Below are positions 11,671 through 23,581 of a stretch of 64,000 nt of DNA, one piece after another (positions within the stretch are counted from its first letter, which is position 1; each line of letters starts with the position of its first letter). Where the stretch lies: positions 894,515 through 958,514 of the forward strand of contig OZ316897.1 of NCBI GenBank assembly GCA_973895155.1, given 5' to 3'. The position numbers and the translations under genes are program-made. Source of the stretch: Marsupella aquatica (taxonomy: Eukaryota > Plantae > Marchantiophyta). The notes beneath the pieces are model-generated. The model was not told the DNA's origin, made no database searches, and saw only the letters and a program-made list of their open reading frames with translations.

Positions 11671-12105
11671 TTTATGCTAACAAAGGAGGAGGAGCTATGA
11701 CAACTTGCAGGGTGCGGCACTTTTGCATGAATTGATACTAGCTAATGCGTATGCATCGTGAGAGCCCGGGCATCTGGAGGTACGGACTAAAATAGATGGG
11801 TCTAGTTAGGCTTATTCATGTAATTAAATTTTTTTTCCCAGTATCTATAAAGAGGACATGTATGTAAGGTGTTCGCTTTGTGTACTTGCAGCTTTTCTCA
11901 TACTTCCAGATTCGGTTCATTATTTTAGAGCCACAAGACCTATTGGCACCGCTGAGCCTGGGTCTCAGAAAGGTATTTTTTAGTGTTCCTTTTGTGTTTG
12001 GTTTCATGTCATCATTACTTGAGAACTTACATTTGTCCAACTTGATATTGTGATGTTATTTGGTAATAAACCCTAACTTGCAAATTATACATCTTTGTAG
12101 GGGCA

Positions 12106-15100
12106 ATGTCTTCATCTTCTGAGATCTCCACCACAGATTCTTCCTCCTCCGATGAAGATATACCACCTCCTCCTCAACCTCACACGACTGCACCTCCTCC
12201 TCGTGGTCCACCCCGTCAGCTTTGCCAATGTGCCAAATGCGTGGGTCAGGTTTCCCAAAAGTCCTATATATGCACCCACCATATTGAGAGATATGGACGT
12301 TACGGACGTCATACAACAGGGGCTTCCTCATCCCATGTGGTAAGTGTTTATGCCTTAGTTTCTACCCTATTTCCACATCGCAATGGTGAAGGTTTTTAAT
12401 TTCACACCTCTTGTTGTTTGTTTTGATTTGGGTGGAATAGGTATCTAGTAGGCCTAGACCTGCGGCATCAGCACCTTATGTCCCATTACAAGGTGTTCTA
12501 GATGCTATAGGCAATGCATTCTCACAAGCCTTGGGTCTAGCAACAGCCCCCTCCAGTCCTAGGGCAGTTGGGGGTGAGCATGTTGTCCCAAGAGGGAGAA
12601 AGCATTCCAAGAGACGGCCCCGAGGGGATACTGATTTGTACAAGGCAGTGGTTACCGGTAGGTAGGGTGATTGTGAGTTTACTGGCATATGTGTTCCTAT
12701 CATCAAGGACTGGGATCCCCAGACTCTTGGTTTGCCACAAGAGCTTTCCTATGGTGAGGAGGTAGAGGTTTGGGGAAGACGTTGGGTTATCAAACCTTCC
12801 ACACTTGGGGATAGACATGGCTATGGAGTTTTTGCTTGTGAAGACATCATTGTGGATACCGAGAGTGGTAGTGGTGGACGCGGTCGAGAAGGACCTACGT
12901 TGTTTCCTTATGGTGGACCCATCTACAAGAGAAGACATTGGAACATGATCCTTGCACAACATCCTGAGTGGAAGACTTATGCCTTGGAGTTAGATACTTT
13001 TGATGGAAACACTAGGAGGTATAGTGAGCAGCGGGTGATAGATGGGGACCCCATACGAACTGGGAATATAGCTGGTTTCATAAACAGTACTGTGGGGACT
13101 CGCCCCAAGCGTAGGCAAAATTGTGAGTGGGTTTTCATTGAGGGTCCTCCACCAGCCCCTTATGGCCAGACATATCATCATGACCATTGTCTGGTTGTAG
13201 CTACTAGGACCATTCACTCAGGTGATGAGTTGTTTACTCACTATGTGTGGGATTAGAAAATGACCATACACATGGCGTTTGGCCACATTTTGTATATATA
13301 CACCAGTATCGATATTATTTCATGTTTGCACACCCCCATATATTCTTCTACATGTTATAACTATTTGCTTTGTAACTTTCAATTGTTTGCATTGTTTTTA
13401 GAATGTGCGACCCTCTCAAAATATGTTACCGCGGAGATTGAGAGCAGCATATCGGGAAATGGGTATGCCGGAAGAAGGACAAGGCTCTGAGTCACATTCC
13501 TCATCAAGTGACAGTGGAAGCAACAACCCTGATCGCAATGTACCCAGAACATATGAACAGGTTATTGATGACCAAGATAGAGCCATGGATGATTTTATGG
13601 TTGATTGGTTTGGTGTTGACGTCCCTGGTGATGATGCTGAGGTGTCTGCTGATCAAGGAGGTCATGTGCCCCCCAATCATGATCCATGACCAAGACATAC
13701 CCCTGAGGGACAGCGCCAATGGGAGAAAGCAGAGGAACATGCCCGAACTCCTATCTATGAGGGTGCTCGTTTGAGTCATCTTTCTGCTATCTTGGGGTTG
13801 ATGAATCTACAGGCCAAACACAAGGCAAGCAATGCCTTGTTATCTGATATGTTTGCACTTTGCCATGACCTTATGTTACCTTCTGGCAATGTGTTGCCAG
13901 GAACTTGGAAGGAGGCCAAGCGTGTTCTCTCATCAATTGGCATGGAATATCATATCATTCATGCATGTGTGAATGATTGCATGTTATTTCATGGGGCCGA
14001 TGAGAAGAAGACACAGTGTACTGAATGTCATGAGCCACGGTATGACCCCAACATGATTACAAAGAAGGTGCCAAGAAAAGTTGTTCGTTGGTTTCCCATC
14101 ATTCCTCGGTTGTTGCACATGTACAGGTGTTCTGATTTGGCAGAGTTGATGGTATGGCATAAGACTCATCGATCAGAGCCTGGTGTTATGCGGTTGCCAA
14201 TTGACTCTCCTGCAGTCAAACATATTGAGGAAACATGGCCAGACTTTGCACATGATCCTCGTCATGTGAGGTTGGGATTGGCATCTGATGGGGTTAGTCC
14301 TCATGCCCTTGGAGGCAAGGGAAGACCTACATCAGTTTGGCCTGTGGTTGTGATGAATTACAACCTTCCACCATGGCTATCCATGAAGAAGGGGTTCCTC
14401 TTGCTGTCTTTGATTATTCCAGGTCCAAAAAAGGTGAAGAACTTTGACACTTATTTGGCACTATTGATTGGAGAACTCCAAAAACTGTGGGGTGGAGTGT
14501 GGGCATATGATGGCAGGAAAAATACAGGAGGCATTCCACGTGTATTTAAATTGAGAGGGGTAGTTTGTTGGACAATGCATGACTATCCTGGTAAGATAAC
14601 TTTTTGACCATATGCCACCCTTCTTTGATATGCTCTTTAATATACTTGTTTGTCATGTGACAACCCTAACATTTAGTCTGGTTTTATTTTTGGTGTAACC
14701 AGGGTTTGGCTTTGTCTCTGGATTGCAAACTCAGGGGTACAAAGCTTGCTCCACCTGTGGTCCACAATTGCAAGATATGGCAATTTGGTCCCCATGGCTT
14801 AGGAAGATTGTTTACATTGGGCATACAAAGTTTCTTCCGATGGGGCATGAGATGAGGTCTGACCCACTTTTATTTTCCTCCTTTGACATGCCCCTTGGTG
14901 ATATGCGGGAAATTCCGGAACCAACAACTTTTGGGCATTGGAAGTCACTAGCTGATAGGGTGGCAGACCCTGATGATCCCCTCACCTTTGATGGTACTGG
15001 GTTGACGAGGTGGAGTATACTAGCCAGTTTGCCCTATTGGTCAGAGTTGAAGATCCGCCATCTTTTAGACCCCATGCACATAGAGGGAAATGTGGGGAAG

Positions 15101-16822
15101 GCGTTGATAGCTCATTTTTATGGGGAGAAGGACACTAACTTCAGGGAGGCATGTGAAGAGTTGGAAATGCATCCAGATGTATGGGTACAAGTTGATCCTG
15201 CCACAGGTTTGGAACATCGTCCTTCTGCTCCTTGGGTGCTTAGTGTTGGCCAAAGACGTGAATTTCGGAATCGTATAGGGGAGATGCGGTTTCCTACAGG
15301 CTATGGTGCCAATTTGAGGAAAGCTTTTGGGATGGAGGACAATCACAAATGGCCACGGTATCTCAAGACACATGACTATCACCGCTTATTGCAGCATATA
15401 TTGCCAGTGGCAATTATAGGGTTGGGGACCAAAGAAGTGCAAGATGCCATTTGGTCATTGGGTCGTTTGTTGAGATGGATATGCTCAAAGGAGATATATG
15501 TGGAAGAGATTCCTGGAATGGAGGTATTGGCTGCTGAGGTGGTTTGCAAGTTGGAGAAGGCCCTCCCTCCTTCCTTCTTTGATTGTCAGGTTCATTTACT
15601 TGTGCATCTTGTGAGGGAGGTTGCCATTGCTGGTCCAGTTCATTGTCGATGGATGTACTGGCTTGAGCGTTACATGTCAGTCTTGAAGGCTTATGTACGT
15701 AACCGTGCACGAGTGGAGGGAAGCATAGCTACAGGATACTTGGCTGCAGAGAGCATGTTTTATTGTAGTAACATCTTGGCCACCATTGATCGGACTTTAC
15801 CACGTACTTGGATGGAGGAGAGGCAAGAGGAGGAGGACCGTTTAACAAGAGCAACAAAAACACGCATGCTTACATCAACAGAGTGGACACAGTTGAATAC
15901 ATTCATGTTGAGTAATAGCAATGTCATGGATGAATGGAGGGAGTTTTATGACAATGCCAAAAGAATGAGTCTAAGGGCAAGGATTTTTCCTAAGTTGCAT
16001 GAGTTTATGAAGGAAAAGTTGGTTGAGTTGGATGGCATTTTGGCACAAGGAGGAGATGTCTCACAGTTTCCTACTATGACAAATGACATTCGGACCATTG
16101 TTCATGGCCCTTTGAGAGTGGTAACATCCAAGACGGCCATGTGGACCCAAGGGAGACACTTCAGGTTTCACTAGTTCCTAACCTTGTTTTCCATATTCAT
16201 GTACTACTACTTAAGATATAGTAATCATTTTACTTAAGATAAGTGTGTTTTTCTCTTTTGGTATGAAAGGTTCCTCATAACATGATTAGTGTTTTTTGTG
16301 TAGTAGTAACAATATATGGGTCTTGTTAATTTCAGGATTTCTTCCCTTGATGAGAAGAGGGCTCATACTTTTGATTGTGGAGTTCAAGGGCAGTTTTGTC
16401 AGGACTCCCGGAGTAGCCGACATGACAGGAACATTGTTCATGATGTTGTGCCACACTATGGGAAGATAGAGGAGATTTTGGTGGTCTCATATGACAACCA
16501 ATCTAAGTTTGAGGAGTATGTCTTCAAGTGCAAGTGGTTCAAAGTGAACCTTGTTGGTAATAATCGCACTGTACTCCAAGATGAGAGTGGGTTTACACGG
16601 TTGACAACAAGTGCCACTAGTTTTCAAGCATCTCATTGGCAAACGTCAGAGCCATTTACTTTCCCATCTCACTTGGAGCAATGTTTCTACGTTCCATACC
16701 CCTTAGACCCAGAGTGGTCACTTGTCATCACATATGTGCCACGGTCTCGTTCCATTGTTTCAGACAAGCCAGACACTATTTTTGTGTCAGATGTAGAGGA
16801 CATTGAAGGTGACCAAGTGTGA
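12106..16822 (+). pseudogene. CACTA TnpD transposase: join(12106-12339,13402-14590,14703-16164,16336-16822); one in-frame TGA at 13687
   Basis: Exon 1 has a CxCxxC..H transposase-associated Zn motif. Later motifs: HACVNDC, LGLASDG, YNLPPW, MHDYPG, LDPMHIEGN, KTHDYH, HCRWMYWLER and a DUF4216-like FKCKWF. All introns are GT-AG and phase-compatible. Confidence 0.9.
12441..13256 (+). CDS. SET-domain exon (putative lysine methyltransferase) inside TnpD intron 1; in-frame TAG at 12663
   Basis: IKPSTLG..GYGVFA.EDI, YGG, IDG..GNIAGFINS..NC, VATRTIHSGDELFTHY are the canonical SET motifs in order. The acceptor TAG|GTA at 12440/12441 is in phase 0 with exon 12106-12339. Confidence 0.8.
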
Positions 16823-16857
16823 GAGACACTTATGGATATTTAAACCAAAAATCTATA

Positions 16858-18724
16858 CTCGGGGGTCTCACTATATGGAGGACCCCCCCATCACCTGCGA
16901 CGTTTTCATGCCTAGACCCCCATACTTATTAAGTTAAATTTTTTTTTTCCTCCCTCTTTCTTTCTTCTAAGAGTCTAAAATCCAATTTGTATTGCCCCTA
17001 TAATTTGTGAAGTAAAGTGTCACATATCAATAAAAAATGCCTAGAAAGAAAAGATAAGTCTATGTCAGTACCTTGTGAAGTCGTATGTCAGACATGGCAC
17101 GCCCTGTAACAGTTCTTGCACACGGGAGTGCACTAGCTCGCCTCCACAACAAAGGCACCAAAACCCGATCGCCAACAGCAGCTTTTAGCAGCCCAAATCC
17201 GTGCAGTAGCCCAGCGCTGCAAGTGCAGCTCAATGGAGCTCAGGGAAGTACGTGTAGCCCAGCTCAATGTGCACCTCAGCTCAGCTCAATGCAGCCCAGC
17301 TCAATGCAGCCCAGCACAGCTCAGCTCTAGCTCGGATTGCAGCCCAGCTCAACCAGATTACAACTCTGAACTCGATCGCAACCCCAACTCGCAGCCCACC
17401 TCGCAGCCACCTCGTAGCCCACCTCGCAGCCACCTCGCAGCCCACCTCACAACCCACCTCGCAGCCCACTATCGATCAATAGAAACTGTAGTTCAACATT
17501 GATCATAACCTGCAACAGCCCGATTCATAGCACTTCTTCTGGATCAACACAAAGCAAGCAGTAAAAAGCGAGCAACACAAACCTGATCGCCAACAACACC
17601 TTTAGCAGCCCAAATCCATGCAGTAGCCCAGCGCTGCAAGCGCAGCTCAATGGAGCTCAGCATAGTACGTGTAGCCTAGCTCAATGTGCACCTCAGCTCA
17701 ATGCGCAACCCAACTCAATGCAGCCTAGCGCAGCTCAATGCAGCCCAGCGCAGCTAAGCTCTAGCTCGGATTGCAACCTAGCTCAACCAGATTGCAGCTC
17801 AACTCTGAACTTGATCGCAACCCACCTTGCAGCCACCTCGCAGCCCACTATCAATCAATAGAAACTGTAGCTCACATTGATCATAACCTACAGCAGCCCG
17901 ATTCATAGCACTTCGTCTCGATCAATACAAAGCAAGCAGCAAAAAACGAGCAGCACAAACAAAAGAAACTAAGGATGATTGTTGAAGCAAGCAAGATCGA
18001 GCACTCCCATACCTGAACTGAATAGAGCAGCACTTGAACTCTTTGAGCAAGCAGGTGCGACTCCCGTTTGAGCAACCCTCACAGCGCAGCACCCCTGTGT
18101 GTGCAAGCAGCAATGGAGCACTTCGAGCAAGCAATGCGCACCTCCCGTTCAGGCCCCGTTTCAGCAAGGGCCGCATACACTCCTATGTGTGCAAGCAGCA
18201 AGCACCAATGCAAGACTCCCGTTAGCAGCGCAGCACTCCCGTTAGCAACATAGCACTCCCTTTGGACAAACAAGATGCTATGGAGGCATGCGAGGAACAA
18301 ATTGGGCGCTAACCAGGGACATTCAAAATGGTCCCCCAAAAACCCTAAACATGGAGGCCGGGTACGAGTCGAAACCTACCCCACTCTCGTATATACCCCA
18401 TCCAAAACTCTTGCCATGTCTCAAATATGTAGACTACCCAATTGAGTACCCCCTATTTTGAAATGGGTGCCACGTGTCCCAATCCGATGGTGACACGTGT
18501 ATACCTTGTTTTCTCATAAGATATTACCCTATCTTTCCTCAACCCATTCCATGGACATTGAACCCCCCGCAAACAACCCTATCATTCTTTAAAGTGTATT
18601 TATGATTATATTGACCCCTATTGTTCTTACACAAATCTTCTTAAGTCTTTCCTATAATCTAATAAAATGACCCCTATACTTTCTCGCACGTGATGTGCCG
18701 TTTTCGCGAAGTGAGACCCCCGAG
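16858..18724. mobile_element. Non-autonomous TIR element, 1867 bp, 14-bp perfect TIR CTCGGGGGTCTCAC, 8-bp TSD AATCTATA
   Basis: AATCTATA at 16850-16857 and 18725-18732 flanks the inverted termini. No credible ORF; internal ~420-bp tandem duplication (17130-17950) with GCAGCCCAGCTCAAT repeats. Confidence 0.9.
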
Positions 18725-19597
18725 AATCTATATCATGGATTGTTCATGTTGTTTCTTAATTAATATTTCATACACCATTAGTGTGGTAGGTATTTTCATT
18801 TTGGACTCCTACTTTCAAAAGAGGTCATGCATATAAGTGACATGGGTACTCCCTCCCTTATCCCTCCTCCCTCTTTGAACCCAAACTCTCATTCCTCTTC
18901 CAAAAACTCCATAGCTTTTTCTCCTCCCTCCCTCTTCGCTAAAGTCTCTCCTATTTTTAGTAAACCCTCTTTGGACTCCCTTCTTCCTCCGTCCCTCATC
19001 CACCTTCCAACTCCCTTCCTCCCTCTTTCACCTTTCACCTCCCTCCCTCCTCCTCCCCCATTCAAACTCTAACCTAGATGCACACACAAGTCTAACATAA
19101 ATGTTTGCGAACTGTTTGCGAAACTAAACAAATCCCAACCAAATCGCAATTCTGCCATTTAAACCGTTTCTCAATTATTCCATACTATACGCTTCACTAT
19201 TTTGTGATATCCAGACCATCCCACCTTTACCATCCACATCGTTTCGCACATTTGCCATACAAACCCATCGCAAATTGTTTGAAGCTAACCTTTTCGCAAA
19301 CATCCTCCAATACTAATTGTTTTGCATCATTAATGTTACCGTGGTTTCGGACTTTCGGAGCGGTCGCGGAGCCTTCGTAATGTGTTTTGTAATCTCTGTA
19401 GTTTCGCAAACTATTGTGATACAATAAAGTTCGCAAAATGTTTGCGATGCAAATCGCATGGAAGACCAAAGTTGCGATACCACAAGTATCGCAAATTGCG
19501 ATGCCTATTGAGTCATCAACGGTTTGAAGCATCTGGAATCGCAAACGTGTGTCCGGACTCAAATGAGCTTCGCAAAAGGGCAAAATATGTTGTAGTG

Positions 19598-22500
19598 AAT
19601 GTGTTTCACCCTGCTATCCATAACCTGGTTAATAGCTAGGTGAAGCGCACTTTGGCTGTCACAATGAAGAGGCATTTTTCCATGCTCCAATCCCATCTCA
19701 GTGACCAGCTTATCCAACCAAATTGCTTCCTTTGCTGCTTCTGCTGCTGCAACATATTCTGCTTCTGTAGTAGACTGAGATACATACTTTTGCAAGGTAG
19801 ATCTCCAACTTATGCATCCTCCTCCAAGAGTAAACATATACCCAGTCGTTGACCTCCTTGTTTCCGTAGTCAGAATCTACATAGCCAACCAAAGATTTGG
19901 TTTTGTTTGATCTACTTTCAAACAACAAACCATAGTTTATTGTGCCCTTAAGATACCTGAGAATCCATTTCACAGCCTCCCAGTGTACCTTCCCTGGATT
20001 GGACATGAATCTACTAACTTTTCCCATTGCTAGGGCTAGATCAGGCCTGGTACATGTCATCAAATACATTAGACTGCCCATTGCCTTTTCATAAGAAACC
20101 TTAGTCATCAAGCCTCTCTCCACTGGATCAGTGGGGCAGAAAGCCGATGATAACTTGAAATGTGGAGCCAAAGGAATACTTACTGGCTTACAATTTTCCA
20201 TGTTGAATCTTGCAAGTACCTTTTTAGCATACTTGCCTTGATTCAGCCACAACTATCCAGTTTCAAAGTTCCTCGTAATCTCCATACCTAAGATCCTTTT
20301 GGCTTTCCCAAGATCCTTCATTCGGAATTCAGAACTCAATTTTTCTTTGAGTTTGTCAACCTCAATTTGATCCTTAGCCGCAATCAACATGTCATCTACG
20401 TAGAGCACCAGAATGAGTAAACCAAACACACCATTCTTGACTGATTTTGTATACACACAAGGGTCATATACCATTCTAGTGAATCCTTGTGCAAGCATGA
20501 AATCATCAAACCGCTTGTTCCACTGCCGAGGAGCTTGCTTCAATCCATACAGGGACTTAAGCAACCTGCAAACTAAACTTTCTTGACCCTTCTTCACAAA
20601 GCCCAGTGGTTGCCTCATGAAAATTTGTTCCTCCAAGGTGTCATAGAGAAAAGCAGTAACAACATCCATTTGATCTAACACCAAATCAAAAAACACAACA
20701 AGTTGACACAAAATTCGTATCGTGGAATACTTGGCAACTGGAGAGAAGACCTCATTGTAATTCACTCTCTTCTCTTGAGTGAATCCCTTGGCAACAAGCC
20801 TTGCCTTATATATCTTGTCTCCTCCATCTGAAGAGTTGTCCTTCAGCTTGTAAATCCACTTGCTATCCACCACTTGTTGATCACTTGGCAACTGCACCAG
20901 CTCCCATGTTTTGTTGTCACTTAAAGATTGCAACTCTCTTTGCATTGCTGCATTCCATTCATTTTTCTTGTCTGAAATGCTTGCCTCATGATATGAAGAC
21001 GGTTCTCCTTCTTCCAAGATCAGTGCTCTATCATCATCATCAGGTGCAATGTCAGCATCATCTAATCTTGATGAATCTGTCCATTGTCCATACCTTGTAG
21101 GAGCTTGAGTAGTTCGCCTTGATTTTCTAGCTGATGATTCTGGCTGATCTTGCTTCGTTGGTTGATTTTGAGGTATTCCAACAACAACCTGCTCTTCTTG
21201 TTCCATCATCGGAACCAGCTCCATTATCGGAGCACCTCCTTGAACTATGTCATAAAAACCCTCATGACCAATCTCCCCCTCAACATGGTCCAGGATAGGA
21301 GATTTACCTTTGTCAGTACGGGAAGCCTGAGCATTCTCCCCCTCCTTTGATGATCTGGATTCATTAAAGGATACATCTCTACTGACAAGCAATGTACAAG
21401 CTTCTGGATCCCATAGCCTGTAACCTTTCACACCTGGTTGATAACCAAGAAAAAGACACTTCTTGGAAGTAGAATCTAGTTTAGATCGATTCTGCTTAGG
21501 TGTGAGACCATATGCATCACTTCCAAAGACTCTCAAAACCTGATAGTCTGCGTGCCGTCCATACCTCATTTCAAACGTCGTCTTGAAATTGATTGCACTT
21601 GAAGGAGAAAGATTTACCAAATAAGTTGTCGTATTTATAGCTTCAGCCCAAAATTCATGCGGTAAACTTGATTGGCTCAACATACTCCTCGATCGCTCCA
21701 ATAGTGTTCGGTTTAGCCGCTCACAAACACCATTCTGTTGAGGAGTATAAACTGTCGTGAGATGACGAGTAATCCCTTGCTCTGCACAATATAGTTCAAA
21801 TTCACTTGAACTATAGTCCCCGCCATTATCTGATCGCATATATCTCACCTTGGATCCAGTCTGATTCTCAATTTGGGCTTTCCACTTCTTAAAAGTGCCA
21901 AAAACTTCAAACTTGGCGTGTAGAAATGTGATCCACACATACCGTGAGTAATCATCAATGAACGTGACATAGTACAATTTTCCAAAAAATGAGGGAGTTG
22001 GGGCTGGACCCCACACATCACTATGTACATACTCAAGTATAGTTTTGGTATTGTGAGTTCCAACACCAAAGGTTCTCCTGTGCTGCTTCCCAAGCACACA
22101 GTGTTCACAAAAATCTAGCTTAGTAGATTCCAAATTAGAAAGAAGTCCTTTCCTGCGAAGTACCGCCAAACCCTTTTCACTCATGTGTCCCAATCTGCAG
22201 TGCCATAACTGAGTCATCTCGCCTTGAGATCTAGTTACATTGGCTTCTTCACAAATCACGTTGCCCTCCAACAAATATAGATTCCTGTGCCACTTACCCT
22301 TCATGACAACCTTGCCTTCGATTGACACTTGAAGAATACCATCAGCAAAACTCCACCGACATCCATTTGCTTCCAGCATTCCAAGAGAAATCAAATTCTT
22401 TTTCATGTCAGGTATGTGTCTGACATTACTCACTGTTCGCACAGCTCCATCAAACATCCAAATTTTCACGGATCCAATTCCAACAATTTGACAAGGATGA

Positions 22501-23581
22501 TCATTCCCCATCAACATGGAACCGGTTGATACTGAATAAGAAGTAAAAAACTCTTTCATACAACAAATATCAATGATAGGTACATGCACAATCTAAAATC
22601 CATTCATCACTGTTGTTACTGGATGAAATGCAAAGGGCAACATCTGGACTTCACAAGATTTCATCATCAAGCAAGTCAATCATATCAACATCAGTGGCTG
22701 CGTTCATTGATGGTTGATGAGTCTGCTTGACTCGACAGTCTCGTTTCATGTGGCCAAGCTTGTTACATTTCCAGCATATAATTGGTTTCCTTTCTAGAGA
22801 TTTCTCTCTAGACCTGGATCTAGACTTAGACCGAGCCTTCTCCTTGCCTCTATTCCGTGAGAGGTATGTTTGTGAAAAGGACCTGTTTTCGCCAGTCATC
22901 CGTTGTTGAGTCCTCCCGCGGTTCACATTCAATGCACTGCCAGATGAAGATGGTGTCTGGGCATGACCCAGTTTCTTTTGTGCATCATCTGACAGCAAAG
23001 AGCTTACCACCTCATCATATGAAATGGTTTTGAGGTCTTTATACAAGAAAACCTGCTTCAAACCTTGATACGATGGGGCTAAGGAACTGAGAAGAAGCAA
23101 TGCCTTATCTTCATCTTCCACTCCCTTGCCAAGATTTGACAAATCTACAGCTAGGCTGTCGAATTCATCCAAGTGATCTCGAAGCTTGCCTCCTTCTTTT
23201 AGCCTCAAGCTCATCAAGAGAGACTTCTTGTACAACCGATCTGAGGCATCCTCGCGGTACCTAGTACTTCTCTCTGAGAGCCTTGAATAAGGATACACAA
23301 TCATCGTAATCGTCCAGCTTCTTAATGATATGCGGCTTCAGATACAGCATAACCGCATTCACAGCGATCACTTGCTCCTGCCTCCATTTCCTCAACGAGA
23401 TCTCCTCCTCACTGCTAGACTCCTCCTGAGTCGAAAGCAGGTGATCTAGGCCCATAGCACGAAGAATTCCCTTAACCTGCTTCTCCCATAGCAAATAATC
23501 CGTGCGCCCATCATACTTTTCCACCTCAAACTTGACACCTCCAAACTTGGATGCCATTGTTGTCCTCCCGACGTTCTCCAC
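19598..23581 (-). pseudogene. Copia gag-pol polyprotein with several stops and frameshifts
   Basis: Gag (EKYDGRTDYLLW; Zn knuckle CWKCNKLGHMKRDC), protease (WILD), integrase (HCRLGH..CEHC, VHSDVWG, SDNGG, QNGVCER), RT (KARLVAKG, YVDD) and RNase H (GYVDSD, STTEAEY, CDSQSA). Stops at 23261, 22651 and 20253; frameshifts near 22590 and 19860. Confidence 0.95.

Larger units (their letters stand above)
9998..19597 (+). mobile_element. CACTA/EnSpm transposon (right part; left TIR outside the window)
   Basis: Right terminus ...ATATGTTGTAGTG at 19597 (CACTACAAC on the minus strand), dense TCGCAAA/TTTGCGA subterminal repeats at 19100-19580, and a TnpD gene. It is inserted in Copia RNase H right after RVKHI; flanking AAT is the expected 3-bp TSD. 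Confidence 0.9.

Noticed and set aside
17085-18339. Short Ala/Gln/Ser-rich ORFs
   Set aside because: Translations of tandem repeats in the non-autonomous element.
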